DNA of 64,000 nt from a bacterium (GCA_024742665.1 JANSYA010000001.1:570425-634424); one strand, 5' to 3'. Counted from the first letter of the stretch, positions 17,518-27,393 are shown. A program made the numbers and translations. Notes: a model not told the origin generated them from the sequence alone.

Positions 17518-18839
17518 GCGCGGCCCGTGAATACCAGGCTGTGATTGTCGGCGGCGGACCGGCCGGGCTTGCCGCGGGGATCGTGCTGGCTCGCAGCGGA
17601 ATTTCGACGCTGCTCTTAGAAAGGCGGACATTGCCCTACGCGAAAGTTTGCGGCGAAGGTCTGATGCCTGTGGGACTGCGGGCTCTGGAAAGTCTGGGGG
17701 TGGATCTTTCGCAATCGCCGAACGAAGTCGGCCTGCCCTTTCGGGGCATTCGATATCGCGACTGCGGAACCGGTCGCGCGGCGGAGGCGGATTTCGCCGA
17801 AGGTCCGGGGCGCGGTGTGCCTCGCAGAATTCTCGCGGCGCGTTTGCTCGCCGCCGCAAAACAGCATGAGCTGCTCGAAATTCGCGACGGCGTTTTGTGC
17901 GAAGCTTTGCGGCGCACAGCGGACGGCGCCTGGGAAATTCGAGCCGGCGAAAGCGTCTTTCGCGCGTCGCTTTTGATCGGCGCGGACGGCATTCATAGCT
18001 TCGCGCGCCGGGCCGCAAGGCTTGATCGAGATAGTGCGCGCAATGATCCGCGGCGCTGGGGCGCGCGCTGGCACTTTCCGATTGCGCCCTGGACCGACGG
18101 CTTCGTTGAAGTGCGTCTTCTGGCGCAGACGCCCGGAGTGGAATGTTATATTACGCCGGTCGGCGAACATGAAACCGGCGTGGCCTTTTTGTGGGACCGC
18201 CAGAGTTTTCGACCGGCCGGCGGCGATACTCTGCTTGCGTCTTTGCTGGCGATCTTTCCCGAAGTTGCCGCGCGAGTGCGGGATCTCACGCCGCTGAGCG
18301 ACGGCGGGGCGATCGGTCCGCTGCTGCATCGCACGCGGGCGGTGAGCGGGTCGGGCGTCGCTTTGATCGGCGATGCCGCGGGCTATCTGGACGCCGCGAC
18401 CGGCGAAGGCCTGAGTCTGGCCTTCGAGGCGGCGCTCGCTCTGGAGAACACGGTTGTGCCGGCGCTCGGTGCAGCGGCACGATCGAATGCTTCGAATGTG
18501 GCGAGTGGGGCGAATGAATCGGAGGCAGCGTCAAGCGCGGCTGCGGCTATCGGTGCGATGGCAACGGACGCTCGCGCCTGCAGACGACGCGAGCTGGATC
18601 GGGCCCTGCGGGCGTACTCCCGGGAGCACCGGCGCATTACCGCGAATTATTATCTGACGACGCGGCTGGTTTTGTGGCTCGGTCGCCGGCCGCGCTGGAT
18701 GCGTCGGGTTATCGCGGGATTGGGAGCGAGCCCGGCTTTCTTTCAGCGAGTGCTGTCGGTGAACATGGGCACGCGCGGCGTCTTTGCAGTAAGCCCTGGC
18801 GCCCTCTTAAGATTTCTTAAGGGATTAAGGGCGCATTAA
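17514..18839 (+). CDS. FAD-dependent oxidoreductase (geranylgeranyl-reductase / flavin monooxygenase family, SrsC-like)
   Basis: N-terminal Rossmann dinucleotide motif VIVGGGPAGLAAGIVLARSGISTLLLER. GD-type FAD motif LIGDAAGYLDAATGEGL. Start codon overlaps the FAAL stop (ATGA). Ala/Ser-rich low-complexity insert near the C-terminus. Confidence 0.75.
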   Translation: MSAAREYQAVIVGGGPAGLAAGIVLARSGISTLLLERRTLPYAKVCGEGLMPVGLRALESLGVDLSQSPNEVGLPFRGIRYRDCGTGRAAEADFAEGPGRGVPRRILAARLLAAAKQHELLEIRDGVLCEALRRTADGAWEIRAGESVFRASLLIGADGIHSFARRAARLDRDSARNDPRRWGARWHFPIAPWTDGFVEVRLLAQTPGVECYITPVGEHETGVAFLWDRQSFRPAGGDTLLASLLAIFPEVAARVRDLTPLSDGGAIGPLLHRTRAVSGSGVALIGDAAGYLDAATGEGLSLAFEAALALENTVVPALGAAARSNASNVASGANESEAASSAAAAIGAMATDARACRRRELDRALRAYSREHRRITANYYLTTRLVLWLGRRPRWMRRVIAGLGASPAFFQRVLSVNMGTRGVFAVSPGALLRFLKGLRAH

Positions 18840-18853
18840 GCGCGTCAGGCGCG

Positions 18854-19771
18854 TTAAGGAAATCTTGAATCGTATCGTTTGTTGATGCGATCCGCTTCGG
18901 CGCTCGTCCGATTCTCGGCGGTATCTGCGGCATCGCCGTCTTCGTCGGCCCTGTCAGGATCCTGATCCGATTTTTCGCCCGATTTTTGATGCGTTTTTTG
19001 ATATTCTTTTTGGTGCGCTCGCAGATCGACGATGATCTTTAGCATCACCCAGACGCCCGCCAGAGTCGTAATGGCCTGGCCCGGAAACATCTGCGAGAAA
19101 CCGACAAGAGCGAAGGCGCCCAGGATGATCGTCAGATGCATGAGGATGATGCGACCGTAGGGTTTTGCGAAGAGGTCCATCACGCCGGTGGCGTAGTATT
19201 CGCGGCCGCGGATAAAATGCACGAAAAACGAAACGCCGTGACTGCCGATCAGGCCGGCTACGCCGATGGCAATCGGACTGCCGATGATTTGCCTGAAACC
19301 GCACTCGCCCGCGGCGATGACTTCCGGACCGCAGCCCAGCAGATTGGAAAGTTTGTCCGCGCCGATGAGCTCGGCTGGATTGTTCGCGCCGCTTCCGACC
19401 GCGGCGGCGATTTCGGGCATGAAGGTCAGAAAGACCGCGTGCCCGGCCATGAAACCGCCGAAGTGGGCGCAGAAAAACGCGCCCAGGGGAATCATACCGA
19501 GGAGCGCGATTGGTTGAAAGGCACCGGTCTTGCTATGGGAAATCGCCATCGACATCGCGATCAGATTGATGACGCCGATGATCGCGCTTTCCGCCCAGTA
19601 GATCCAGAGGATCTCCATCACCGACCATTCGAAAAAAAGCACTCCGAGCAGCGGCAGCAGATTGCCGACGACTAAGGCCAGGCCGGTGATCTTCGGATTG
19701 CGGCTGCCGGCGGCCAGAAATGGAAAGGCGATGACCAGCAGACGAAAGAGCAGGTGCGTGGAACGGTTCAT
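18854..19771 (-). CDS. Polytopic integral membrane protein (hypothetical)
   Basis: 305 aa, about 8 predicted TM helices, acidic C-terminal tail. Convergent with the PKS cluster; no diagnostic motif. Confidence 0.45.
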   Translation of the reverse strand: MNRSTHLLFRLLVIAFPFLAAGSRNPKITGLALVVGNLLPLLGVLFFEWSVMEILWIYWAESAIIGVINLIAMSMAISHSKTGAFQPIALLGMIPLGAFFCAHFGGFMAGHAVFLTFMPEIAAAVGSGANNPAELIGADKLSNLLGCGPEVIAAGECGFRQIIGSPIAIGVAGLIGSHGVSFFVHFIRGREYYATGVMDLFAKPYGRIILMHLTIILGAFALVGFSQMFPGQAITTLAGVWVMLKIIVDLRAHQKEYQKTHQKSGEKSDQDPDRADEDGDAADTAENRTSAEADRINKRYDSRFP

Positions 19772-19813
19772 AGGAAAGTGTTACGGCCTGGCGTGCTTTG
19801 CCGCGCACGAAGC

Positions 19814-20680
19814 TTAGCGTTTCAGGTCCTTCAAAAAGTCGGCGAAGGCCGCTTCGTATCGTTTTTTGGAAACCAGAAAAGCGTCGTTGTGGCCGCCTTG
19901 AATTTCAAGTAAAGTTTTGCGTTTCGTACGGGCGGCCGCATGCAGCCGTTCGGCGTGAGCAAAGGGCACCAGGCGATCCTGTCGACCGTGAATGATCAGC
20001 ACGGGCAAATCCTCGCCGTTCACATCTTTCAGCGCGTGCGTGCGCAGTCGTTCCAGGCTTTCGAAGCGGTTGCGGGCTAATAGCGAAACCGGTAAGAACC
20101 AATAAACTTCGGCGCCGACGTCCACCGCGGAGGTAAAGGTGGATTCCAGAATCAGCGCCCGGGCCGGTCGTCGCGCGGCCAGATCGACGGCCATGGCCCC
20201 GCCCAGGGATCGTCCGAAATACAGCACGCGCTCCGCAGGAATCTTCAGAGTGTTCCGGAGATAGTCCAGGGCGGCATGGGCGTCGGCGTATAGACCGGCT
20301 TCGTCTGGAATCCCTGTGCTCTCGCCGTAGCCGCGATAGTCGTAGATGAATACCGAAATTCCCAGTTGGTGCAGCTGGCGCAAAGACCTCAGGTTGTGCG
20401 AAAGATTGCCCGCGTTTCCGTGGGAGTACAGCAGCACGAACGATGACGATTCGTCCGGGGATTCTTCCGCGGCCGGTAAGTACCAGGCGTGCAAGCGCTC
20501 GCCGGTCGGAGTCGGGACCCTGTGTTCCTGCACCGAAAGTCCGTAGTCGGCCGGCGCGTAGGCGTGCCGGCGAATCGGATGGTAGGTCAGTTGGTCCTGG
20601 ATTGAATAGACGTAGGCGTTGAGAGCGGCGTACGACAGGCCGATCGCCGCGAGCAAGGACAGGAGAATTTTTCGAAACAT
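19814..20680 (-). CDS. Secreted alpha/beta hydrolase (COG1073-like)
   Basis: Start at the Met of MFRKILLSLLAAIGLSYAA (signal peptide); the longer ORF would abut the asnS start. Motifs LLYSHGNAGN, nucleophile elbow GRSLGG, downstream catalytic D/H. Confidence 0.7.
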   Translation of the reverse strand: MFRKILLSLLAAIGLSYAALNAYVYSIQDQLTYHPIRRHAYAPADYGLSVQEHRVPTPTGERLHAWYLPAAEESPDESSSFVLLYSHGNAGNLSHNLRSLRQLHQLGISVFIYDYRGYGESTGIPDEAGLYADAHAALDYLRNTLKIPAERVLYFGRSLGGAMAVDLAARRPARALILESTFTSAVDVGAEVYWFLPVSLLARNRFESLERLRTHALKDVNGEDLPVLIIHGRQDRLVPFAHAERLHAAARTKRKTLLEIQGGHNDAFLVSKKRYEAAFADFLKDLKR

Positions 20681-20736
20681 ACAGGCGGCGCTTAAAAAAA
20701 CTTGTCTTCGCGCATGCTTGAAGCGCACCATCAATT

Positions 20737-22152
20737 ATGCAACGAATATTGATCCGCGACGTGCTCCAGCTCCCGGGAGACGACCGATCGATTCAGGTCG
20801 CCGGCTGGGTCCGGACCCGACGGGATTCCAGGGGCGGCTTTTCCTTTCTTGAAATCAACGACGGCTCGACGATCAAAAATATCCAGATCGTGGCGGAAGC
20901 TACGCTGGCGAACTATGAATCCGAGATTTTGACTGCGACCACCGGGGCGAGCGTTTTCGTTTCCGGAACGCTCAAAGCGTCCCCCGGCAAAGGCCAGTCG
21001 GTCGAGATTCACGCCGGGTCGGTGACGGTGCTGGGCGGCGCGGACGCTTCGTTTCCGATTCAAAAAAAGCGCCACAGCTTCGAATATCTACGCGAGATCG
21101 CGCATCTGCGTCCGCGCACGAATACCTTCGGCGCGGTCTTTCGCCTGCGCAACGCCATCAGCTTCGCGATCCACAAATTCTTTCAGGAAAACGGTTTCTA
21201 CTATATTCACACGCCGATCATTACCGGCAACGACGCCGAGGGCGCGGGCCAGCTCTTTCACGTTACGAATTTCGATTTGGATCAGGTGCCGAAGCGCGAT
21301 CAAGAGCCAGGTCGTGGCGGCGTCGCCTTCGAAAAAGACTTTTTCGGCGCTCCCGTGCATTTGACCGTCAGCGGCCAGCTGGAAGGCGAAGCCTACGCGA
21401 TGTCGCTTGGTCGGATTTATACTTTCGGTCCGACCTTTCGCGCAGAAAATTCGAATACTTCGCGGCACTTAGCGGAGTTCTGGATGGTCGAGCCGGAGAT
21501 GGCCTTCGCGACCCTCGAAGACGACGCGCAGTTGGCGGAAGATTTTTTACGCTACGTTTTTAAGTACGTGCTCGAACACAGCCGCGACGATCTGGAGTTT
21601 TTCAATCAGTGGATCGATAAATCCTGTCTGGCTCGTTTGGAAAGCCTGGCCGATAGTCCCTTCGAACGCATGAGTTACACCGAAGCCGTGACGATTCTGG
21701 AGCAGGCCGCGCAGACGAAGTCTAAGAAATTCGAATTCCCGGTCGCCTGGGGCCGCGATCTGCAGAGCGAGCACGAACGTTATCTATGCGAAGAGCACGT
21801 CGGCAAGCCGGTGATTTTAACGGATTATCCTAAAGAAATTAAAGCTTTCTATATGCGCCTCAACGATGATGACAAAACCGTGCGGGCCATGGACGTGTTG
21901 GTGCCCGGCGTCGGAGAGATCATCGGCGGCAGCGAACGTGAAGATCGTCTGGACGTGCTGGAAGCTCGAATGCGCGATCACGGACTGGAGCCGGACGCTT
22001 ATCAGTGGTATCTGGATTTACGCCGCTACGGTTCGACGCCCCATGCCGGTTTTGGCCTGGGCCTGGAACGGCTGGTGCAGTTTATTTCCGGAATGGAGAA
22101 TATTCGCGATGTTGTGCCTTTCCCGCGGACTCCCGGCAATGCCTCTTTTTAG
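20737..22152 (+). CDS. asnS: Asparagine--tRNA ligase
   Basis: 471 aa. N-terminal OB anticodon-binding region (…[24 protein letters not shown]…). Class II motifs [24 protein letters not shown] and [10 protein letters not shown], plus an asparaginyl-type C-terminus. Confidence 0.9.
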   Translation: MQRILIRDVLQLPGDDRSIQVAGWVRTRRDSRGGFSFLEINDGSTIKNIQIVAEATLANYESEILTATTGASVFVSGTLKASPGKGQSVEIHAGSVTVLGGADASFPIQKKRHSFEYLREIAHLRPRTNTFGAVFRLRNAISFAIHKFFQENGFYYIHTPIITGNDAEGAGQLFHVTNFDLDQVPKRDQEPGRGGVAFEKDFFGAPVHLTVSGQLEGEAYAMSLGRIYTFGPTFRAENSNTSRHLAEFWMVEPEMAFATLEDDAQLAEDFLRYVFKYVLEHSRDDLEFFNQWIDKSCLARLESLADSPFERMSYTEAVTILEQAAQTKSKKFEFPVAWGRDLQSEHERYLCEEHVGKPVILTDYPKEIKAFYMRLNDDDKTVRAMDVLVPGVGEIIGGSEREDRLDVLEARMRDHGLEPDAYQWYLDLRRYGSTPHAGFGLGLERLVQFISGMENIRDVVPFPRTPGNASF

Positions 22153-22249
22153 TTCATGCCCTGCCTATCTTGCACTCTCCGCCCGATCGGCCTTGCGTTT
22201 CAATTGCGGGTGAGCGAAAGGCTTCGAAAAGGTCGCGGGCGATGCCGAT

Positions 22250-22288
22250 TAAAAAGGCTGGTATCCAGCGCTTGCGGTGTGCTATAAT
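22250..22288 (+). promoter_or_regulatory. Sigma70-like promoter with extended -10 (TGcTATAAT) directly upstream of the PAS-GGDEF-EAL gene
   Basis: tgtgCTATAAT at 22278-22288. The -35 is poor. The predicted TSS is only a few nt before ATG 22303, implying a leaderless mRNA or a downstream start. Confidence 0.4.
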
Positions 22289-22302
22289 GCGGCCCGGCTT
22301 TC

Positions 22303-24906
22303 ATGCACTCGATCAATAATAGAAATTATCGGCCGCAGCCGCCTTCGCCTTCCGCGGCGGAGCGGCGGACTCTACCGCTCTGGCGGCGCCTGCATATTCA
22401 GTGGCGCGCCTGGTTTTCCAGCGTTGATCCGCGATACGAATCCGTGTATCTGGAGTGCATGCAAATCATTCGCGACGAGCCGCAGCTGCAATTGCAGTCG
22501 ATCTTTTTTGGAATCTACGATGAGCTGGAAAAGACCGGCGATGAAGAAGCGCTGCGCCAGTTCGCCGAGAGTGGACTGGAAGACGAATCCGGTCGGCGCT
22601 ATCGTTATTTTCACGCCGCCGTCGCCGTAAAAAACTTCTGGGAAGAATGGGGGGCCATGCGCCTTTCGGGCCGGCAGCATCTGGCCGACATTCGCGGCGA
22701 TCGTCCCGGCTCGATGGCTTACGATTATTTCTTTCGCGCGGGCCGCGACGGTTCCAGCAGCCCGTATCAGATCCAGGATCGCGCGGCGATGGCGGGCTAT
22801 GTTGTCAAAAGCATGCAGCTGGACGATTCAGCGTCCACGCGGGGCTGGGTGCGTCGTCTGGCGCTCCTCTTGTGCGGCAACAAACATCAGCGCCTGGCGC
22901 GCATGCTGCTATGGGTCAATCAGGCGCGAATTTTTCACACCGTCGACGTGCGCGATTCGGACCCGCGCGAAGAGCTCGAAGCCGACGCGCCGGTCCAGTC
23001 GAAGCGCATCGGTTTGATTATGTTTGTTTCGAAGCGGCGCGAGCTGCCGCCGGAGCTGATCGAGGCTGCGGCCTTTCGACTGCGCTGCACATTTTATGAT
23101 TCGCATTTGATTCGCTCAAGAGCGAAGCGGGCTCTGAAGATTCGCGATGAGATGTTTTTGAGTCTGGTCAGCACTATGCCGATCGGTCAAATCGTTCACG
23201 ATTCGCAGCAGGTCCTGTTCGCCAATCCAGCGGCGCTCAAGCTGCTGGGCGCGACGCGGATGGACGAAGTCGCGCGTCGGCCGCTGATGGAACTCGTCGA
23301 TCCGGAGTATCGCGAAAAAGTCTGGGAGCGCGTGCGACTGCTGCGAAACTCTCCGACCGGTACGAGTGTCGACTTGATGGACGAACGATTGACTCGTATC
23401 GACGGCACGCCGATCGACGTCGAGGTCATGGGGGTGCGCGTCGATTATTTCGGCACGGACGCCATTCAGATTATCTTTCGTGACATCAGCGATCGCAAGC
23501 GCATGGAGAACGAGCGCGAACGCCATCGCCTCTACGATTCTCTGACGGGCTTGCCGAACCGCTCGCTCTTTCTGGACCGCCTCGACCAGGCGATCTTGCG
23601 CGCGCAGACCGGGACGCCCGGCGCGGCGAATGCGGGCGCCGCCCGGGAGGAGGAGGATATCGACAGTCCCGCTTTTGGCGGCGAAGCGCCGGCGATTACC
23701 GGACAGGCGTACTCGGGACCGCTGATCGGCGTGCTCTATATAGACATCGATAATTTTCGACAGGTCAACGATCTCTTTCAGTTTCAGGCCGGCGATGAGT
23801 TGCTTTGCGAAATTACAGCGCGAATGGAGCAGTTCGTGCCGTCGGAGTTTACTTTCTCGCGGCTGACCGGCGACAAGTTCTGCGTTTTTCTGCCGCATAT
23901 CGAAGGAACGGAGCAGGCGGTCTTCTTCGCGGAAGGCATGCAGGATCTCTTTCGATTGAAACCCTTCGAAGTTCGCGGCGAGCAAATCCCGCTGACCTTC
24001 AGCGCGGGCATTTCATTTTATCCGATCGACGGCAGCACCGCTTCCGAGCTGCTCAGTCAGTGCGAGGTGGCTCTGGCTCGCGCGAAGCGCAACAAGAATC
24101 AGCTGCAGTTGTATAACCGGGCTATGAACGTGCGCACCGCGGCCCTTTTCGAATTGGAAAAGGATTTGCTGCGGGCGATGTCGGCCAACGAATTTCTGGT
24201 GTACTTTCAGCCTCAGGTCGATTCGCGGCTGGGGATCGTTCGCGGCGTGGAAGCTCTGATCCGCTGGAACCATCCCGAGCGGGGCATTGTCTCTCCGGGG
24301 GAGTTCATTGTAATCGCGGAAGAGCGCGGGCTGATTCTGGAAATCGGCGAGTGGATGCTCGAAGAATCTCTGGCGCAAATCCGGCGCTGCCATCTTGACG
24401 GCGCGCCCGATCTGGAACTGTCGGTGAATGTCACGCCGCGGCAGCTGGAACATCCGGAATTCGTGAATATGGTTCGGAGCCGCATTCGACGCACGGATGT
24501 AGATCCGGAGCTGTTGAAATTTGAAATCGTCGAGCGGGGCATTGTCGAAGAAAACGAGCGAGTGCGTCGCGCTATGAACGAGCTGGCCGGCATTGGCATT
24601 CGCTTTCACGTCGACGATTTCGGAACCGGCGGCGCGGCGATTACCTATCTGCGTAATTTCCCGATCGATACGATTAAGGTCGACAAGTCTTTCGTGCAGG
24701 ATCTCGAAAGACACGAAGGCCTGGTGCGCGGTCTGGTGGCCTTCGCGGAAAACCTGGGTTTACAAACAATCGTGGAAGGAGTCGAGACGCGCGAGCAGCT
24801 CGACTTTTTCGAAGCCCTTGGATGTCGTTATTACCAGGGTTTCTATTTCGCGCGACCGATGCCTTCGAGCGAGTGCAGCGACTTCATTAGAAACTTCAAG
24901 ATCTGA
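22303..24906 (+). CDS. Multidomain c-di-GMP signalling protein: unknown N-terminal domain, PAS, degenerate GGDEF, EAL phosphodiesterase
   Basis: PAS-like segment …IVHDSQQVLFANPAALKLLGAT…IIFRDISDRK. GGDEF fold with RLTGDKFCVF in place of RYGGEEF, i.e. a degenerate cyclase site. EAL domain with EALIRWNHPERG, DDFGTG and Q.G.YF. The N-terminal ~280 aa are unassigned. Confidence 0.85.
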   Translation: MHSINNRNYRPQPPSPSAAERRTLPLWRRLHIQWRAWFSSVDPRYESVYLECMQIIRDEPQLQLQSIFFGIYDELEKTGDEEALRQFAESGLEDESGRRYRYFHAAVAVKNFWEEWGAMRLSGRQHLADIRGDRPGSMAYDYFFRAGRDGSSSPYQIQDRAAMAGYVVKSMQLDDSASTRGWVRRLALLLCGNKHQRLARMLLWVNQARIFHTVDVRDSDPREELEADAPVQSKRIGLIMFVSKRRELPPELIEAAAFRLRCTFYDSHLIRSRAKRALKIRDEMFLSLVSTMPIGQIVHDSQQVLFANPAALKLLGATRMDEVARRPLMELVDPEYREKVWERVRLLRNSPTGTSVDLMDERLTRIDGTPIDVEVMGVRVDYFGTDAIQIIFRDISDRKRMENERERHRLYDSLTGLPNRSLFLDRLDQAILRAQTGTPGAANAGAAREEEDIDSPAFGGEAPAITGQAYSGPLIGVLYIDIDNFRQVNDLFQFQAGDELLCEITARMEQFVPSEFTFSRLTGDKFCVFLPHIEGTEQAVFFAEGMQDLFRLKPFEVRGEQIPLTFSAGISFYPIDGSTASELLSQCEVALARAKRNKNQLQLYNRAMNVRTAALFELEKDLLRAMSANEFLVYFQPQVDSRLGIVRGVEALIRWNHPERGIVSPGEFIVIAEERGLILEIGEWMLEESLAQIRRCHLDGAPDLELSVNVTPRQLEHPEFVNMVRSRIRRTDVDPELLKFEIVERGIVEENERVRRAMNELAGIGIRFHVDDFGTGGAAITYLRNFPIDTIKVDKSFVQDLERHEGLVRGLVAFAENLGLQTIVEGVETREQLDFFEALGCRYYQGFYFARPMPSSECSDFIRNFKI

Positions 24907-24980
24907 AGGGCTGAGGGACTCAAGTTCTGGGCGACCAGCGGCCTGGCCTTCACTTTATACGATCGCGGGGGAAATTCAGC

Positions 24981-26366
24981 TCAGCCGGGCAGGCGCCAGT
25001 GCCAGGCTTTCGGTCGCACGAAGCTGCGAATTCCTTCTTCCCCGAGAGTTACGCCGATGCCCGAATCGCCGCGGCCGGACCAGGGCAGGCGCGGGCTGAC
25101 GCGATCGCAGCAGTTCCAGTAGACGGTGCCGGAGTTGATCTTCGTTAAGATGCCGTGTGCGCGATCGGGATCTTTCGTGAAGACTCCCGCGGTCAGGCCG
25201 TAGGGCGTATCGTTCATCATGCGAATCGCTTCGCGATCGTCGCTCACGCGCTGGATGCCGATCACCGGGCCGAAGCTTTCTTCGCTCATGATTTTCATGT
25301 CGTGGCTGACGTCGGTGACGACCGTTGGTTCGAAATAATAGCCGCGGCGGTTCATGGTGTTGCCGCCGATTAAAATCTTGCCGCCCTTCGTGCGTGCGTC
25401 TTCCACCTGCTGCTTTAAGACCATCAGTTGTTCTTTGCGCGACAGCGGTCCGATGTAGGTGTTCTCGTCGAGAGGATCGCCGACCTGAAAACCGCGCACG
25501 GTTTCTACGAAGGCTTCAACGAATTGATCGTAGATTTTTTCATGCACGTACACGCGTTCGACCGCGCAGCAGCTCTGGCCGGTATTATAAAAAGCGCCGT
25601 CGGCCACCGCCGCCGCGGTCGTTGCCGGATCGACGTCGTCGCAAATATAGGCCGGGTCTTTGCCGCCGAGCTCCAGCTGCAATCGCGTAAATCTACGTGA
25701 GACGATGTCCGCGATTGCGCGCCCGGTGCGATAAGAACCGGTAAAAAACACGCCTCCGACCGGCCATTTCAACATTTCCTGTCCCGCGAAGGCGCCGCCG
25801 ATGATCGGAATAAAAATTTCATCGGGCAGGTCCGACTGGTACATCACTTCGGCGATCGACATTCCGGTTAAACATGCAAACTCTGAAGGTTTGTACAGTA
25901 CCGCGTTACCGGTCAGGATCGCCGGTACGAATACGTTCGATCCCACGAAATACGGATAATTCCAGGCGGAAATATTCGCGACGACTCCCAGGGGTTCGTA
26001 GGTGATGTGTTCGCCGGTGCGTCCGTCTTCAGCGGCCGCCGGCTCGACGGCCACGTCGTCCGCCAGCACGTCGCGGAAGTGATCGATGAAAAACTGCACG
26101 CGGGCCGTGGTTGCGAGAATTTCCGAGCGCGCCTGGCTGATCGGTTTGCCGGTCTCTTCGCTCTGGGTGCGGGCCAGCGTGTCGGCTTCGGCCGTCAGGG
26201 CGTCTTTGAAATTCGTCATGATCCGCGCTCGATCGTCGAGGGGGCGTTCCATCCATTCCAACTGCGCCGACATCGCGCGGTTGTACTTCTCGATAATGGA
26301 ACGGCTATCGTCGGTTTCGAGTTCCGTGATCAGCTCTTCAGTGGCGGGATTGACGACTTTCAGCAT
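24981..26366 (-). CDS. NAD(P)-dependent aldehyde dehydrogenase
   Basis: From the Met of MLKVVNPATEE. ALDH motifs LELGGKDPAYI and FYNTGQSCCAVERVYVHE (catalytic Cys). The ORF track extends the start into the upstream repeat via a GTG. Confidence 0.85.
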   Translation of the reverse strand: MLKVVNPATEELITELETDDSRSIIEKYNRAMSAQLEWMERPLDDRARIMTNFKDALTAEADTLARTQSEETGKPISQARSEILATTARVQFFIDHFRDVLADDVAVEPAAAEDGRTGEHITYEPLGVVANISAWNYPYFVGSNVFVPAILTGNAVLYKPSEFACLTGMSIAEVMYQSDLPDEIFIPIIGGAFAGQEMLKWPVGGVFFTGSYRTGRAIADIVSRRFTRLQLELGGKDPAYICDDVDPATTAAAVADGAFYNTGQSCCAVERVYVHEKIYDQFVEAFVETVRGFQVGDPLDENTYIGPLSRKEQLMVLKQQVEDARTKGGKILIGGNTMNRRGYYFEPTVVTDVSHDMKIMSEESFGPVIGIQRVSDDREAIRMMNDTPYGLTAGVFTKDPDRAHGILTKINSGTVYWNCCDRVSPRLPWSGRGDSGIGVTLGEEGIRSFVRPKAWHWRLPG

Positions 26367-26393
26367 ACGAATTCCAACTATTCTCAGGCGCGC

Positions 26394-26492
26394 GGCGCGC
26401 CACCTGATCAGCATCACTATTTAAGAGGCGAGTCACAGCGGTCCTGGGACCGCACGGCGCGCCGCCTGATCAGCATCACTATTTAAGAGGCG
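26394..26492. repeat. Two 37-bp direct repeats (one mismatch) flanking a 25-bp spacer containing a palindrome (gcggtcctgggaccgc)
   Basis: Copy 1 is 26394-26430, copy 2 is 26456-26492 (ggcgcgcc(a/g)cctgatcagcatcactatttaagaggcg). Copy 2 encodes the last residues and TAG stop of the upstream amidotransferase gene. Copy 1 sits just 5' of the ALDH start. Confidence 0.7.
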
Positions 26493-27375
26493 CGCCCTGA
26501 GCCGCGATCATTTTTTGCCGTTTCTGGCGACGCGCATCGGTTTCCGACAAGAACTCAATCATAAGCGCGTCAGCCGCGAGCAGGCCGTCGCCTGCCACCT
26601 GGAATTCCGGATGCCATTGCACGCCGACGACATAGGGCGTTTCGCCTGCGAAGTCCGCGTTCTTAAAGCCCGCGAGCTGAGCGACTTCCGACGGTCGGGT
26701 CAGGCGCACGGCTTCGATAATATCGTCTTCGGTGGACAGCGCTTCGACCGCGAGTCCAGCCCCGACAGACTTGATCGCCTGGTGGTGAATGGAAATGATT
26801 CGGCCGCCGCTGCGGGCTTCGCCGTAGTACTTACTGTAGAGCCTGGCAATGCCCGAGTCGTTTTCAAAAACGATGTCGTGTTGCAGCTGATCGTACTGTT
26901 CCCAGTCGCGATGAACTAAGGCTCCCGGAATTTGTTCGCCAATATCCTGGTAGAGGCTGCCGCCGAGGGCCACGTTGATGATCTGGTGTCCGCGACAGAT
27001 GCCGAGGACCGGTTTGCCGGCGCGCATGCAGGCTTCGATCAATTCGATTTCGTAGCGGTCGCGATAGAGGTCGCCGTTCCACTCCGGACGCAGGGCGCTT
27101 TCGCCGTAGCTTTCGGGACATACGTCGCTGCCGCCCTGCAGTAGCAGCCCGTCGATTTGTTCTAAGAGCAGTTCGGTGGATATGCCGCCGTGAGCCGCCG
27201 GGATCAGAATGGGCAGGGCGCCGTTCGCCATCAGCCATTGGAGCATCGACTCTTCGGCGTAGACCAGGCGTTTGCCTTTGAAAATCGGCCGGGTCGGATC
27301 GTGGTGAAAAAAGCAGGCCGAGACGCCGATGCGCAGCGGCTTTGCTCTGTCGTGGTTGAATTCAGTCGTCGACAT
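26479..27375 (-). CDS. Class I glutamine amidotransferase-like gamma-glutamyl hydrolase (PuuD / peptidase C26 family)
   Basis: 298 aa. Catalytic Cys context GICRGHQIINVALGG and His context VGVQWHPEF. C-terminal extension relative to PuuD. Confidence 0.75.
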   Translation of the reverse strand: MSTTEFNHDRAKPLRIGVSACFFHHDPTRPIFKGKRLVYAEESMLQWLMANGALPILIPAAHGGISTELLLEQIDGLLLQGGSDVCPESYGESALRPEWNGDLYRDRYEIELIEACMRAGKPVLGICRGHQIINVALGGSLYQDIGEQIPGALVHRDWEQYDQLQHDIVFENDSGIARLYSKYYGEARSGGRIISIHHQAIKSVGAGLAVEALSTEDDIIEAVRLTRPSEVAQLAGFKNADFAGETPYVVGVQWHPEFQVAGDGLLAADALMIEFLSETDARRQKRQKMIAAQGAPLK

Positions 27376-27393
27376 CTTGGGTTGGGTTTGAAA

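Noticed and set aside
20681-20736. Zero-length divergent intergenic region between alpha/beta hydrolase and asnS, implying overlapping promoters
   Set aside because: Resolved by moving the hydrolase start to the signal-peptide Met at 20680. The longer ORF start is unsupported.
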